A DNA stretch of 64,000 nucleotides, taken from the NCBI GenBank assembly GCA_018396995.1, contig JAGTQB010000008.1:132-64131 (forward strand). The letters run 5' to 3'. A program made the translations under genes and the position numbers. The stretch is from Candidatus Bathyarchaeota archaeon. GTDB lineage: Archaea > Thermoproteota > Bathyarchaeia > Bathyarchaeales > DTEX01. The notes beneath the pieces were generated by a model. That model ran no database searches, was not told the origin of the DNA, and saw only the letters and a program-made list of their open reading frames with translations. Shown piece by piece: positions 17,245 to 26,709 of the stretch. Each line of letters starts with the position of its first letter. Positions within the stretch are counted from its first letter, which is position 1.

Positions 17245-18360
17245 TTATATGGCTACGAAGCTCTCAACGGTCTCCCTATCAAGTCTCTTAACAAGCTCTA
17301 TCACTAGCCTAATAGTGTTTTCGACATCCTCTAGGTTCACCAGACCGACGTGGCTATGAATATGCCTTGTGGGAACTCCTATAACCACGCTTGGACACCC
17401 AGCCCTACTAATATGAATTCTCCCGGCATCAGTTCCACCCCTAGCTATCTGAGATAGCTGAAGCGGGATCCCTGTCTCCTTCGCAACCTTTATTACAAAC
17501 TCCTTAAACGGCTGATTCGGGATCATACTACTATCATATGTGCATAGGCTCGGCCCCCTACCCATTCTCGTCGGCGCCTCACTAGGCTTTATGCCTGGGA
17601 CATCGCCAGCGATATCCACCTCAACAACTATGCATACATCCGGATCGACCACGTGGGCAACGGTCTGAGCCCCTCGGGCTCCAACCTCCTCTTGAACTGT
17701 TGCGGCCGCATAAATTGTGTTTGGGTGCCTGATTTCATTCTCTTTTATTCTCCGCGTGGCCTCCATTATGACGAAGGTGCCTATCCTATCGTCAAATGCC
17801 TTACCCATGGCAACCCTACCGTTATTAATCAGCATAAATGGAGACCATGGAACAGCTGGATCACCAATCTTAACACCTAGTTCTGCAGCCTCCTTTGCGG
17901 AGGACACACCTATATCAATATACATGTTTCTCCTATCTATTGGCTTCTGGCGCTCCTCATCAGTTAGCAGGTGTGGTGGCTTGGCAGCTATAACGCCGTA
18001 CAAGTCGCCCCTCTCAGTTCTAATTAAAACCCTTTGGGAGAGTAACACTTGGTCCCACCAGCCGCCTAGGGGGTTGAATGTCAGGAAGCCAGTATTCTCA
18101 TCTATTCCCGAGATGACGAAGCCAACCTCATCGACATGACCGGCTAAGAGGACATGTGGTCTATCGTAATCTCCCCTCTTTACGAAGACTATTGAGCCCA
18201 GCTTATCAGTGAGAATCTCATCTGAGTATGGCTTCATATATTCCTTCACTATCTTCACGGCTTCCCGCTCAAAACCTGAGGGGGCAAATGCCTCAGTAAG
18301 TCTCCTTAAGAATTCTATAGCTTTACTATTAAAGCTCAACCTCCTCACCACTGAAACCAA
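17245..18360 (-). CDS. M42 family (TET/FrvX) aminopeptidase
   Basis: AGHVDEVGF, AFDDRIG and QEEVGARGA motifs. Confidence 0.85.
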   Translation of the reverse strand: MVSVVRRLSFNSKAIEFLRRLTEAFAPSGFEREAVKIVKEYMKPYSDEILTDKLGSIVFVKRGDYDRPHVLLAGHVDEVGFVISGIDENTGFLTFNPLGGWWDQVLLSQRVLIRTERGDLYGVIAAKPPHLLTDEERQKPIDRRNMYIDIGVSSAKEAAELGVKIGDPAVPWSPFMLINNGRVAMGKAFDDRIGTFVIMEATRRIKENEIRHPNTIYAAATVQEEVGARGAQTVAHVVDPDVCIVVEVDIAGDVPGIKPSEAPTRMGRGPSLCTYDSSMIPNQPFKEFVIKVAKETGIPLQLSQIARGGTDAGRIHISRAGCPSVVIGVPTRHIHSHVGLVNLEDVENTIRLVIELVKRLDRETVESFVAI

Positions 18361-18362
18361 AC

Positions 18363-19535
18363 CTACGTAGTTGAATACTTTTCAACGAACCTTTTAATTC
18401 TTTCTATGGCTTCGGCTATTGTCTCAATGCTTGTTGCATAAGATATGCGGATATGTCCTTCACCGCAGGCGCCGAAGGCGCTTCCCGGCGTCGTAGATAC
18501 GCATTCCTCCTCAAGGAGCTTCATGCTCACCTCAAAGCTTGACATTTTCAGGCCGTAAAATCTCGGGAAGACGTAGAAGGCACCTTTAGGCATAACGCAT
18601 CTGACGCCAGGAATCTCGTTAAGCGCCTTAACAATATATTTTCTCCTGCGGTTAAACTCTCCAACCATCTTTTCAACTTCATCTCTCGGCCCCTTCAGGG
18701 CAGCTACTCCAGCCACTTGAACAAAGTTCGCCGGGCATGTAGTCGTCGCCTGCTGCAGTCTATTCATTGCATCAATTACATCCTTATTTGCTATGGCATA
18801 CCCGAGTCTCCAACCAGTCATGGCGTATGTTTTACTGAACCCATTAATGACAATAACGTTTTCCCTAATATTGTCGAAGCTTAGCATACTCTTCGTTTCA
18901 ATGCCATCGTAAACTATCTCATCATATATTTCGTCCGATAGAACTAAGAGGCGGTGATCCGCCGCAAGGTCGGCGATAACCCTCATATCATTCACATTTA
19001 ATACCCCGCCAGTGGGATTATTAGGCGAATTTATGAGGATCATTTTCGTTTTACTAGTTATTTTCTCTTTAAGCATCTCCTCATCAACGCGATAAGCTTC
19101 CCCACATGGAACCTCCACCGGGGTAGCTCCCGCAGCTTCAATGCAAGTGAAGTGTGTTGGCCATGTTGGCGCTAAAACTAAAACCTCATCTCCCGGGTCT
19201 AGTGTAGCCATGCAGGCGCAATAGATTGCGTGCTTAGCTCCGGGGGTAATAATAATCTCCTTCTCCGGATCCACATCTACATTCCTTCTTCTTTTTAGAT
19301 ATTCCGCTATGGCTCTTCTGAGCTCTATTGTTCCGAGACTTGACGTATAATGTGTGTGGCCGCTCATCAACGCCTCTATGGCAGCCCTCTTTATATGCTC
19401 AGGCGTATCGAAGTCTGGCTCTCCAACATCTAAATTAAGTATTCTCCTACCACTCTTGGAGAGCTCACGAGCCTTCTCAGCCATCGCTATAGTTCCAGAG
19501 GGCTTAATAATATCCATCCTCTTTGATAGCTTCAT
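18363..19535 (-). CDS. class I/II PLP-dependent aminotransferase (aspartate aminotransferase-like)
   Basis: NPNNPTG and the SKTYAMTGWRLGY Lys-PLP motif. Confidence 0.85.
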   Translation of the reverse strand: MKLSKRMDIIKPSGTIAMAEKARELSKSGRRILNLDVGEPDFDTPEHIKRAAIEALMSGHTHYTSSLGTIELRRAIAEYLKRRRNVDVDPEKEIIITPGAKHAIYCACMATLDPGDEVLVLAPTWPTHFTCIEAAGATPVEVPCGEAYRVDEEMLKEKITSKTKMILINSPNNPTGGVLNVNDMRVIADLAADHRLLVLSDEIYDEIVYDGIETKSMLSFDNIRENVIVINGFSKTYAMTGWRLGYAIANKDVIDAMNRLQQATTTCPANFVQVAGVAALKGPRDEVEKMVGEFNRRRKYIVKALNEIPGVRCVMPKGAFYVFPRFYGLKMSSFEVSMKLLEEECVSTTPGSAFGACGEGHIRISYATSIETIAEAIERIKRFVEKYSTT

Positions 19536-19583
19536 TCAGACACCAAACTAACAAGTAATATAAGATAGCATAAATTAAGGTTT

Positions 19584-20420
19584 CTAGGCTCCACCCCCGC
19601 CCTTTGGGGTGGGGGGAATTAGTCTTTTATGCGTGGTCTTAAGATGCCTGTGTATTATGTCCTCAACAATCTCCCTTGGAACACCTAGGGCTTTGCTTAC
19701 CTCCTCACATGTAAGGTTCTTCTCAAATAGTCCAACAAGTATCGGATCTATGATTGAATAATCCGCCGGGAGCTCATCAGAGAGCTTATGCCCAGGATAC
19801 AGCTGCGGGCTACTCGGCTTCCTAATAATCCTCTCCGGCAAGCCTAAATAGGCCGCAAGATCCCTAACTTGGGTCTTATATAGGTGCCTGATTGGGAAGA
19901 AGTCCGCTGCCCCATCACCATACTTCGTAAAGAAGCCTATCAAGTATTCGCTCTTATCACTAGTCCCAGCAACAATATAATTGTGTAAATTTGCATAGAA
20001 GTATAGTATTACCATTCTAACTCTGGCGCGCAGATTAGCGAGCGGCATCTTAACCCTTGCATCGGAAGAATCAACTCCAAAAGATTTTATGAAAGAATCG
20101 CAAATGTTGTCAATATCTATTATTAGATACTTTATCTTTAAGGTCTTAGCCAGCTCGATGGCGTCCTCAATGTCCTCTTTAGGCGTGAAGGCTGTGGGCA
20201 TTATAACCCCGAGAACCCTATCACCGCCGAGTGCTCGGGCGCATAGAGCAGCAACCAAACTACTATCTATACCACCACTTAAACCTAAAACAACTCCTGA
20301 TGCATTAGCTTCCTCAACTACACTCCTAATAAAGCTGATAATTTCATTAATTGTTTTCTCAGAATCCAGTTTAGGTACACTTATTACATGATCCATAGCC
20401 AGATTACCCCAAATCAACAA
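19584..20420 (-). CDS. nadE: NH3-dependent NAD+ synthetase
   Basis: PP-loop GLSGGIDSS and FTKYGDG motif. Confidence 0.9.
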   Translation of the reverse strand: MLIWGNLAMDHVISVPKLDSEKTINEIISFIRSVVEEANASGVVLGLSGGIDSSLVAALCARALGGDRVLGVIMPTAFTPKEDIEDAIELAKTLKIKYLIIDIDNICDSFIKSFGVDSSDARVKMPLANLRARVRMVILYFYANLHNYIVAGTSDKSEYLIGFFTKYGDGAADFFPIRHLYKTQVRDLAAYLGLPERIIRKPSSPQLYPGHKLSDELPADYSIIDPILVGLFEKNLTCEEVSKALGVPREIVEDIIHRHLKTTHKRLIPPTPKGGGGA

Positions 20421-20589
20421 TAATGAACTTCTTCTATCACAACTAAAGCGTTGTGGTTAATATTTAAGGACTCATGCAATATAGCCTAATACGCGTATAA
20501 AACTGAAAAATGGATGGGTTGAGTCTAAAGCAATGTTTTTAATTATCTATTTTCACATTTATTTCGTTATCTTATGAGGGATTACATTT

Positions 20590-21123
20590 ATGGTTAATCT
20601 TTGGCGTGATATCCCGCCGGGTGACGACCCGCCTAACATTATTAACGCCGTCATTGAGGTTATTAGCTGGTCTAGGGATAAATATGAGTATCATAGGGAG
20701 TGGGAGGTTTTTGTGCTCGATAGAGTTCTCTATTCATCCGTTGTCTTCCCAGTTGAATACGGGTTTGTTCCGCAGACATGGTATCATGACAATGATCCAC
20801 TCGACATAATGGTTCTATCATATGAACCACTTGAGGTTGGATGCATAGTTAAGGTTAGACCAATAGGCATATTAATCCTTGAGGATGAAGAAGGTGAAGA
20901 TCCAAAAGTCCTATCAGTACCCATTAGAGACCCAAGATTCAATGGAATAAAAGATCTATCAGATGTACACCCACATAGGCTGGTGGAGATAAAAGAGTTC
21001 TTTGAAGTCTATAAAAGGCTTGAGCCAAGAAAATGGGTCAGATTTAAATCATGGGAGGGAGCTGAAGAAGCCAAGAAATTGATAAATTACGCAATAAGTC
21101 TCTTTAAAAGAACATTTGGATAA
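20590..21123 (+). CDS. ppa: inorganic pyrophosphatase (family I)
   Basis: YEY.., YGFVPQT and DNDPLDIMVL motifs. Confidence 0.9.
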   Translation: MVNLWRDIPPGDDPPNIINAVIEVISWSRDKYEYHREWEVFVLDRVLYSSVVFPVEYGFVPQTWYHDNDPLDIMVLSYEPLEVGCIVKVRPIGILILEDEEGEDPKVLSVPIRDPRFNGIKDLSDVHPHRLVEIKEFFEVYKRLEPRKWVRFKSWEGAEEAKKLINYAISLFKRTFG

Positions 21124-21339
21124 AACTATTCTCCAACCCCCTTTTGGCAACACGAGAAATAGACGTTAAAAAGCGAGCCTTTAACTTAAACGCCTATGAT
21201 TAAAATTCTTCCTAGAATAATCTCTCAGAATTTTTATAAATAACTTCTAAAACGTTAAGTTAATTGTTAAAAGATCTTTAAGAAAAACATATCATTGATC
21301 CGCTTATTGATAACATAATACAGTGTCGGGGGTTAACGA

Positions 21340-22449
21340 TTGGATCTTGAGGAACGGATAAGCCTAGTAACCCGGAATGCTGAGGAGATAATTACTCTTA
21401 ATGAGCTGCGCAGTCTCTTAGAGACAGTAGATAGACCTAGGGCTTACTGGGGCTTTGAGTGCTCCGGCTTAATGCACATTGGCATGGGGCTCATCTGTGG
21501 GTTAAAGATTAAAGATATTGCCAGAGCAGGCTTCGACTTCATAATATTCTTAGCGGACTGGCATAGCTGGATAAACAATAAGCTCGGTGGTGTAATGGAG
21601 AATATACGCCTATGCGGCGAGTATTTTAAGCAGTGTTTCGAAGCCCTCGGTGTAACATCGGCTGGTAATGTAAGCTTCGTTTGGGCTTCAGACATAGCTA
21701 AGGACATAGAATACTGGGAGAAGGTCATCAGGATAGCGAAGAGCTCTTCTCTCCTGAGGGTTAGGAGAGCTCTTACAATAATGGGGAGAGAGCTGGAGGC
21801 CACGGATATCGAGACGGCATGGATATTCTATCCATGTATGCAGGCAGCAGATATATTTCACTTAGAACTTGATATGGCTTGTGGCGGTATTGATCAGAGG
21901 AAGGCTCATATGCTAGCCAGGGATGCCGCTGAGAAACTAGGCTGGAGGAAGCCAGTATGCCTTCACACACCACTGTTATCGGGTCTTAAACCACAAGCTC
22001 CAGCCGAAACAGTAGAGAAGAAATTTGACGAAGATAATAAGCTCAGCCGAAAAATAGGCATAAAGATGTCTAAAAGTAAGCCGGAGAACTGTATCTTCAT
22101 CCACGACTCGCCAGAAGATATTAGGGCAAAGATTAGGGCGGCATATTGCCCTCCAAAACAAGAGGAAGACAATCCAATACTTGAGCATGCGAAATATATA
22201 GTTTTTCCAGAAATGGGTTTCATAGAGATCCCAAGGCCCACTAAATATGGTGGGCCAGTAACCTTTGAGAGGTACGAGGATCTCAAAGACGCCTATCTGC
22301 GCGGTGAAATACATCCATTAGACTTAAAAAACGGTGTGGCAGAAGCCCTGATTAAAATCCTTGAGCCAGTAAGAGAATACTTTAAGCGGAAACCAAAGTT
22401 GTTGAATGAGATGCTTAAATTAGAAAATATTTTGGGAAACCCTCACTAA
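21340..22449 (+). CDS. tyrS: tyrosyl-tRNA synthetase (archaeal type)
   Basis: GFECSGLMHIGMG (HIGH region), YPCMQAADI..GGIDQRKAHMLARD and KMSKSKP. TTG start. Confidence 0.8.
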   Translation: MDLEERISLVTRNAEEIITLNELRSLLETVDRPRAYWGFECSGLMHIGMGLICGLKIKDIARAGFDFIIFLADWHSWINNKLGGVMENIRLCGEYFKQCFEALGVTSAGNVSFVWASDIAKDIEYWEKVIRIAKSSSLLRVRRALTIMGRELEATDIETAWIFYPCMQAADIFHLELDMACGGIDQRKAHMLARDAAEKLGWRKPVCLHTPLLSGLKPQAPAETVEKKFDEDNKLSRKIGIKMSKSKPENCIFIHDSPEDIRAKIRAAYCPPKQEEDNPILEHAKYIVFPEMGFIEIPRPTKYGGPVTFERYEDLKDAYLRGEIHPLDLKNGVAEALIKILEPVREYFKRKPKLLNEMLKLENILGNPH

Positions 22450-22722
22450 CTTTAGTTAGAATCATAATGGCGTTTGCTGTAATAAGTTGTCTAGGGGTGC
22501 TTCTAGCTCATAAAGTTTTAAGAGTCTTCCCAGAGAAGCATTTATGCATTGGATCGACAGCCTTCTTCACCATATTAGGCTTAATCCAAATTTTTAGAGA
22601 CAACACTCGGCATTAACACACCATTATAGCACAATAATTTTTCCGGGGGAGGATCCCGACAGCTATAATAGGAATTTTTAACATTATATTTTATGGTGTT
22701 TATTTTGGTCTCTCAAAGGAGT

Positions 22723-23826
22723 ATGCTTGTTAAGGATTTTCTTTCAGAGTGTATTACAGTCGAGCCCTCAACGCCCGTATCGAAGGTTATTGGGTTAATG
22801 AAAGAGGAGGACACTTATGAGGTCTTCGCGCGGGTTGGAAATAAGATTGGGACCGCCACAGTTAGAGACATTTTGAGGGCGAAAAACCCAGCTGGCATGA
22901 AAATTGAGAATTTATTGAGCTTCGTTCCTAAGCTCTCGCCGGACACTAAGCTTTTTGAAGCAGCTCGCATTATGGCGGACTACAGGCTGAGGGCGTTGCC
23001 CATAGTTCAGGATAATGTAATAATTGGTAAGATTGACGTTAAGGCTCTGGTCAACAAGATTAAAGATAGCTCTCTGGGGAACATAACGGTCTCAAAAATT
23101 ATGACCCCCTCACCAGCAACAATTACTCCAGGTGAGAGGGTTTCAAAGGCTAGAGAGATAATGCTCAGAAGAAAGATAGATCATCTTCCAGTTGAGAGAA
23201 ATGGAAGGGTTCACGGCATACTAACATCCGAGCATATAGTCTTCAACTTGATAGTTGATTATGGGGGCGACAGATATGTTACTGGCGTATCGGATACACT
23301 TAAGCTGCTAGATTATCCAGTGGAAGCCATAATGGAGAAGCGCCCCCTAGAAAGCGAGCCGCAAACATCAATAAGGGAGGTTGCCGGGAGGATGCTCGCT
23401 GAAAACCGTTCATATTCATTGGTAACTCTTGGCGAGGAACTGCATGGCATAGTAACCTACAAGGACTTTACAAAGTTAATAGCAGCTAAAGAGGAAACCA
23501 GTGTGCCAGTGTACATAGTCGGCTTACCAGATGACCCATTTGAGGCAGAAGCAGCAAAAATAAAATTCATTAGATTAGTCAATAATTTAAGTAGATTTCT
23601 TCCATCAATACTCGAGGCAAGAAGCGTGATTAAGACATCATCCATAGAGGGGCAGAGGAGACGTTATGAGGTTAACGTTAACATAAGATCAGCGCGTGAG
23701 ACTTTTAATTATACTACTAGTGGATGGGATCTCCCAGCACTATATGATGAGGTAGCGAGCGCTGTTAAAAAGATGGCTACTTCGAGGAAAAGGGCTAGGA
23801 GGGGCCGCACACCAGCAGAAGAGTGA
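22723..23826 (+). CDS. four-CBS-domain protein with C-terminal HPF/YfiA-like (beta-alpha-beta-beta-beta-alpha) domain
   Basis: Two Bateman modules (four CBS repeats) are followed by about 107 aa: VYIVGL..FEAEAAKIKFIRLVNNLSRFLP..ILEARSVIKT..RRRYEVNVNIRSA..TFNYTTSGWDLPALYDEVASAVKKM..RKRARR. The likely start is ATG 22723 after an AAGGAG Shine-Dalgarno; the track ORF starts at 22693. Confidence 0.6.
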   Translation: MLVKDFLSECITVEPSTPVSKVIGLMKEEDTYEVFARVGNKIGTATVRDILRAKNPAGMKIENLLSFVPKLSPDTKLFEAARIMADYRLRALPIVQDNVIIGKIDVKALVNKIKDSSLGNITVSKIMTPSPATITPGERVSKAREIMLRRKIDHLPVERNGRVHGILTSEHIVFNLIVDYGGDRYVTGVSDTLKLLDYPVEAIMEKRPLESEPQTSIREVAGRMLAENRSYSLVTLGEELHGIVTYKDFTKLIAAKEETSVPVYIVGLPDDPFEAEAAKIKFIRLVNNLSRFLPSILEARSVIKTSSIEGQRRRYEVNVNIRSARETFNYTTSGWDLPALYDEVASAVKKMATSRKRARRGRTPAEE

Positions 23827-23950
23827 ATTACTAATAACCGTGCATTTCATAACTTTTCATTTAAGCCCAATCACCATAATTCACACTACACTTTTTTAAA
23901 AGTTAATGGGTTTGCATTCCCTAGGAAGTTGAAATTAATAAATCTAAAGC

Positions 23951-25069
23951 TTATTGTTCACCGCTGCTTGACCCCAATTTTTGGTGAACCGCAAATGCCA
24001 GCGCAATCAGGGCTGATGCTGCCGCTAAATCGGTTGCTATTGTAACCCCAGGACATAAATCTATTATAAGGCTTGCAAATCGAAATATCCCCAGCGGTAT
24101 ACCCTCCCTAGAACCTATTAGAAAGTTCGTCCTCTCATTTTTAATCACTAATTCAGCAAGCTTCTCTGAGACCGAGCTGATCGGTTCACCTTCCGGCTCA
24201 AAAACTATTATTGGCTCCTTCGCCCTCTCCCTAACAAGTTCATATAAATTTTGAACGTAAACTTCAGTTTTATAGGGCTTATGCGCATAGCTCCTAGCCT
24301 GTATCTGATACCTAGATTCTACCCCCTCGAAGACCCCCTTAAGAAAAGCATTTAATTCGTCTGCCCTAACAGCACCTATTGGCGCAATAACGAGTTCGCC
24401 AACCTCAAATGTCTGAGCTTCTCGACCAATCCTCACACCCATCTCGCGGGAGACCTCTAAGTTGCCAAGATATGGCATCTGAACTATTGAAACCTTCCTA
24501 AAGTACTCCCTAACCTGAAACTTTCCAGGCCTCATCTTCTTAGGAAACTCGCTGCCATCAACTATTCCAAGATATGCGTGGGAGCCAATTATCTCCACGA
24601 AGATGATCTTGTCTGGGAAATCTAGATTAACTGGGATGTCTAAGCTATCTTTTATTGCAGCCCCCACCCTAACGTTAACATCTATACTTGTGAAGTCGTG
24701 GCGCCCCCTTCTAACAGTGTTTACTGCAAAGGATCTTGCGTCAGCTATCTCGCCCACAATATTTTTTGCCGCATCAACTATGGCATTTATCTCAGCTGGC
24801 ACATAATACTTTACTGGCAGAGCTCTCTCCACCTCAGGAACCTTCAACTTAATCTCTCTAGCTAAATCCTCCGCCGGCATCTCTCCTCCGACTAAGATTA
24901 TACCAGAATAGTTCAGGGGTTTGGCTATTGCTTCGATCTCTGGAAAAGTCTCCTTTAAAATCTGCACTACCACATCTTCATAACCCCTTAACGTTTTAAC
25001 CACAACTGAAAACTTACTAAAATCAATATTGTTTGAACTCATACCATTATAATCCCTATTACTCGGCAA
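23951..25069 (-). CDS. THUMP-domain protein fused to a SPOUT-like (trefoil-knot methyltransferase-like) C-terminal domain
   Basis: N-terminal ferredoxin-like plus THUMP pattern (FAVNTVRRGRHDFTSIDVNVRVGAAI...IIFVEIIGSHAYLGI). The C-terminus NFLIGSREGIPLGI...IDLCPGVTIATDLAAASALIALA resembles SPOUT motifs 2 and 3. Confidence 0.5.
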   Translation of the reverse strand: MPSNRDYNGMSSNNIDFSKFSVVVKTLRGYEDVVVQILKETFPEIEAIAKPLNYSGIILVGGEMPAEDLAREIKLKVPEVERALPVKYYVPAEINAIVDAAKNIVGEIADARSFAVNTVRRGRHDFTSIDVNVRVGAAIKDSLDIPVNLDFPDKIIFVEIIGSHAYLGIVDGSEFPKKMRPGKFQVREYFRKVSIVQMPYLGNLEVSREMGVRIGREAQTFEVGELVIAPIGAVRADELNAFLKGVFEGVESRYQIQARSYAHKPYKTEVYVQNLYELVRERAKEPIIVFEPEGEPISSVSEKLAELVIKNERTNFLIGSREGIPLGIFRFASLIIDLCPGVTIATDLAAASALIALAFAVHQKLGSSSGEQ

Positions 25070-25199
25070 TAATATTGTTATCGATGGCTCTTAAAAAACG
25101 GTGGATAAATTATGAAACCTTTTTAAAGGTTAAATATTTCTCTCTGTTATCTTTTGATATTTTCTTGACATAAAATGGCTGTGAAAGAGGATTTGAAGG

Positions 25200-26699
25200 A
25201 TGGTAAATAAGAAAAAGAGACTTGAGCTGGGGCTCTTATCAGAGGATGATCTATTCCTCTTCACAGACTATTACGAGTTGACATCTGGAAAATGCAATTT
25301 TGATCATGGAGTAAATAATATTATCACCGAGACATACTTCTTCAGGGAGATACCGAAGCATCTTGGATCATATATTGTTGCTGCAGGCTTAGAGCAGTTA
25401 ATCGCTTACATAGAGGTTCTCAATAGGGGCTTGAGTAAGAAGCATCGTGAGTGGCTTGAAAAGGTTGCTGGTAAAGACTTAACTAAAGAGTTCCTCGATT
25501 ACCTCGAGAACTTTAAGTTTAAAGGAGACATCTACGCGGTCCCAGAGGGGACACCAGTATTCCCAAACGAACCAGTGATAAATATTACTGGTCCCTCAAT
25601 AGACGTTCAGCTACTTGAGACATACTTACTTAACGTCATAAATTTCGAGAGCCTAGTTGCCACAAAGGCTTCTAGAATAGTTTATGCAGCGAAGGGGAAA
25701 AACGTATTTTATTCACCTAGAACTGTCGTCGACTTTGGCGCTAGAAGGGCTCATGGGAGGGATGCAGCTGTCTTAGCTGCCAGGGCTGCATATATAGGTG
25801 GGTTTGATGGAACCTCGCTCGTCATAGCTGCTATGAAGTGGGGGATACCTTTTGTAGGAACAATACCTCACAAGTTTATTGAAGAGCGGTATAGGGAGAC
25901 AAAATCATTTAATGAGACTGAACTACAAGCTTTTATGGAGTATGCCGAGAGCTTCCCGCACAATACGGTTCTCCTAGTGGATACATATGATACTATTGAG
26001 GGGATCAAGAACGCCATAAAGGTGGGCTTAGAGCTGAAGAAAAGGGGCTATAAACTTGCCGGAATAAGGCTTGATAGCGGCGACCCCATAGAGCTAAGCA
26101 AGATTGCGCGTAAGATGCTTGATGGAGCTGGGCTAACTGATGCAAAGATAATTGCGAGTGACCGGCTAGACGAGTTCATTATAGAATATGCTCTATCCCA
26201 AGGTGCGCCAATAGATGGATTTGGTGTTGGAACAAAGCTCGTCACCGGCGCAAACTACGACTCCCTAACAAAGGAGGGGGGAATCTCGGCTCTAGACGGA
26301 ATATTTAAGCTTGCTGAAACGAGCGACGAGACTGGGAGAATGATTCCAACGACAAAGTTCACCAGTAGCTTAGGTAAGGCTACTCTGCCCGGAAAGAAGC
26401 AGGTCTGGAGGAGGATTAAGAATGGACAATTTATTGAGGATATCATAACGTTGTGGGATGAAGAGGTTGAGGATGCAAAACCCCTTTTGGTGCCAATAAT
26501 GATTAAGGGTGAAATAGTCTATGATTTCCCAAGCCTAGAAGAGGTGAGAAGGTATTGTGTCGAACAGCTGGCAGCTCTACCGGAGAAATATAGGCGTATC
26601 AGGAATAGTGAGACATACCCAGTCAAGATAAGCGAGAAGCTAATGAAGTTAAGAGATGAGATGTTTGAGCGCTTCAAAAAGGAATACTTCTCCAGCTGA
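25200..26699 (+). CDS. pncB: nicotinate phosphoribosyltransferase
   Basis: TDYYELT N-terminus, DFGARRAHG, GTSLV, LLVDTYD and GIRLDSGD motifs. Confidence 0.85.
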   Translation: MVNKKKRLELGLLSEDDLFLFTDYYELTSGKCNFDHGVNNIITETYFFREIPKHLGSYIVAAGLEQLIAYIEVLNRGLSKKHREWLEKVAGKDLTKEFLDYLENFKFKGDIYAVPEGTPVFPNEPVINITGPSIDVQLLETYLLNVINFESLVATKASRIVYAAKGKNVFYSPRTVVDFGARRAHGRDAAVLAARAAYIGGFDGTSLVIAAMKWGIPFVGTIPHKFIEERYRETKSFNETELQAFMEYAESFPHNTVLLVDTYDTIEGIKNAIKVGLELKKRGYKLAGIRLDSGDPIELSKIARKMLDGAGLTDAKIIASDRLDEFIIEYALSQGAPIDGFGVGTKLVTGANYDSLTKEGGISALDGIFKLAETSDETGRMIPTTKFTSSLGKATLPGKKQVWRRIKNGQFIEDIITLWDEEVEDAKPLLVPIMIKGEIVYDFPSLEEVRRYCVEQLAALPEKYRRIRNSETYPVKISEKLMKLRDEMFERFKKEYFSS

Positions 26700-26709
26700 A
26701 GGGCGTTTC

